This document shows, one piece after another, positions 63,443 through 64,000 of a DNA stretch of 64,000 nucleotides. The notes beneath the pieces were generated by a model that worked only from the letters and a program-made list of their open reading frames with translations, made no database searches and was not told the DNA's origin. A program made the translations under genes and the position numbers. Position 1 is the stretch's first letter. Each line of letters starts with the position of its first letter. Origin of the DNA: Steroidobacteraceae bacterium (GTDB lineage: Bacteria > Pseudomonadota > Gammaproteobacteria > Steroidobacterales > Steroidobacteraceae); the NCBI GenBank assembly GCA_965279665.1, contig OZ257256.1:1475871-1539870 (forward strand), in the 5' to 3' direction.

Positions 63443-63895
63443 ATGGCGTGTGCAACAGATCCTCGAGGTCTCGTGCTGTATGTCGAAGATGATCGGCCGG
63501 TGGCCGACAGCACGGCGTTACTGCTGAAGGCCGCCGGCTATCGGGTCGTGACGGCCGAGGACGGGGACGTCGCGCTCGCCTGGATCCACGACAGCGAACT
63601 GCGGCCGGATGTGCTGCTCGTCGACTTCAATCTGCCCGGATCGATGGATGGCACCGAGGTGGCGGAGGCGGCCTGTCGTGCGATGGGCTACTGCGTGCCC
63701 ACCATCATCCTCAGCGGCAATCTCCCCAACGCTGAAGTGCCGTGGATGCCCGGCGTGCCCGTATTGCCGATGGCCAAGCCGGTCGATCCCGATCTGCTCT
63801 GCAAGGCCGTGCAGACGTTCATGGACTTCGGCCGTTTCGCGGCGTTGCGTCGTCGGCGCGCGCCTACGACGGCCCTCTGCGCGGACCGACTGTAG
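63443..63895 (+). CDS. single-domain response regulator (CheY-like receiver)
   Basis: 'VLYVEDDRPV', 'VLLVDFNLPGSMDGTEV' (phospho-Asp context), 'TIILSGN' and 'MAKPVDPDLL' (conserved Lys). Confidence 0.85.
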   Translation: MACATDPRGLVLYVEDDRPVADSTALLLKAAGYRVVTAEDGDVALAWIHDSELRPDVLLVDFNLPGSMDGTEVAEAACRAMGYCVPTIILSGNLPNAEVPWMPGVPVLPMAKPVDPDLLCKAVQTFMDFGRFAALRRRRAPTTALCADRL

Positions 63896-64000
63896 CCGCG
63901 GGCCGCAGGTCCCAGCATGACGCTGTGGGCAGACGCAGCCACCGTCAATGTGGCGGCGCGCGTCTCCCGAGGAGCGATACATGAACTGGGACCGAGTGGA

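Noticed and set aside
63981-64000. ATG-initiated ORF starting at the window edge
   Set aside because: Only 20 nt are visible, so it cannot be called.

Overview
High-GC proteobacterial chromosome segment, probably a gammaproteobacterium judging by gene order; this is an inference. The genes are densely packed and many have overlapping stop/start codons.

- **1-4.6 kb:** housekeeping block of fabI, mltD, a SAM-methyltransferase, rnhA and dnaQ.
- **4.6-53.9 kb:** a surface-polysaccharide super-locus of about 49 kb.
  - UDP-sugar dehydrogenase, epimerase, DegT aminotransferase and pgi.
  - Two diverged wzi paralogues flanking a vapBC module.
  - A 938-aa Wza/KpsD-like exporter, UDP-xylose synthase, a kinase-less Wzz-like co-polymerase and a methyltransferase.
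  - GDP-heptose genes: gmhA and an hddC-gmhB fusion.
  - A minus-strand operon for an unassignable CMP-ulosonic acid: CBS-GHMP kinase, NeuB-SAF-TIM-barrel fusion, cytidylyltransferase, three SDRs and a TIM-barrel isomerase.
  - A divergently transcribed run of about 17 plus-strand genes. It holds a legionaminic-acid-like module (Gfo/Idh/MocA, cytidylyltransferase, SDR, neuB, neuC, neuD-like, CBS-aminotransferase), wzx, an acyltransferase, three poorly characterised genes, a Wzy-like membrane protein, a GT2, and a WbpK/WbpL-like pair.
  - Then a WbpM-like dehydratase, manC, a DUF1640 plus vapBC islet, ugd and manB.
- **54.2-56.5 kb:** two paralogous lipoproteins with AP/TP linkers, Ig-like repeats and FN3 domains.
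- **56.5-62.0 kb:** leucine catabolism, with gntR-ivd divergent from the methylcrotonyl-CoA carboxylase beta and alpha genes.
- **62.1-64.0 kb:** a DUF3313-like protein, a host-attachment protein and a CheY-like receiver.

I found no rRNA, tRNA, CRISPR array, transposase or integrase.

The best candidates for new biology are the orphan second ulosonic-acid operon with its unusual domain fusions and its link to the heptose genes, and the uncharacterised trio at 38.2-41.8 kb.

All calls rest on reading motifs in the supplied translations. No database search was possible.
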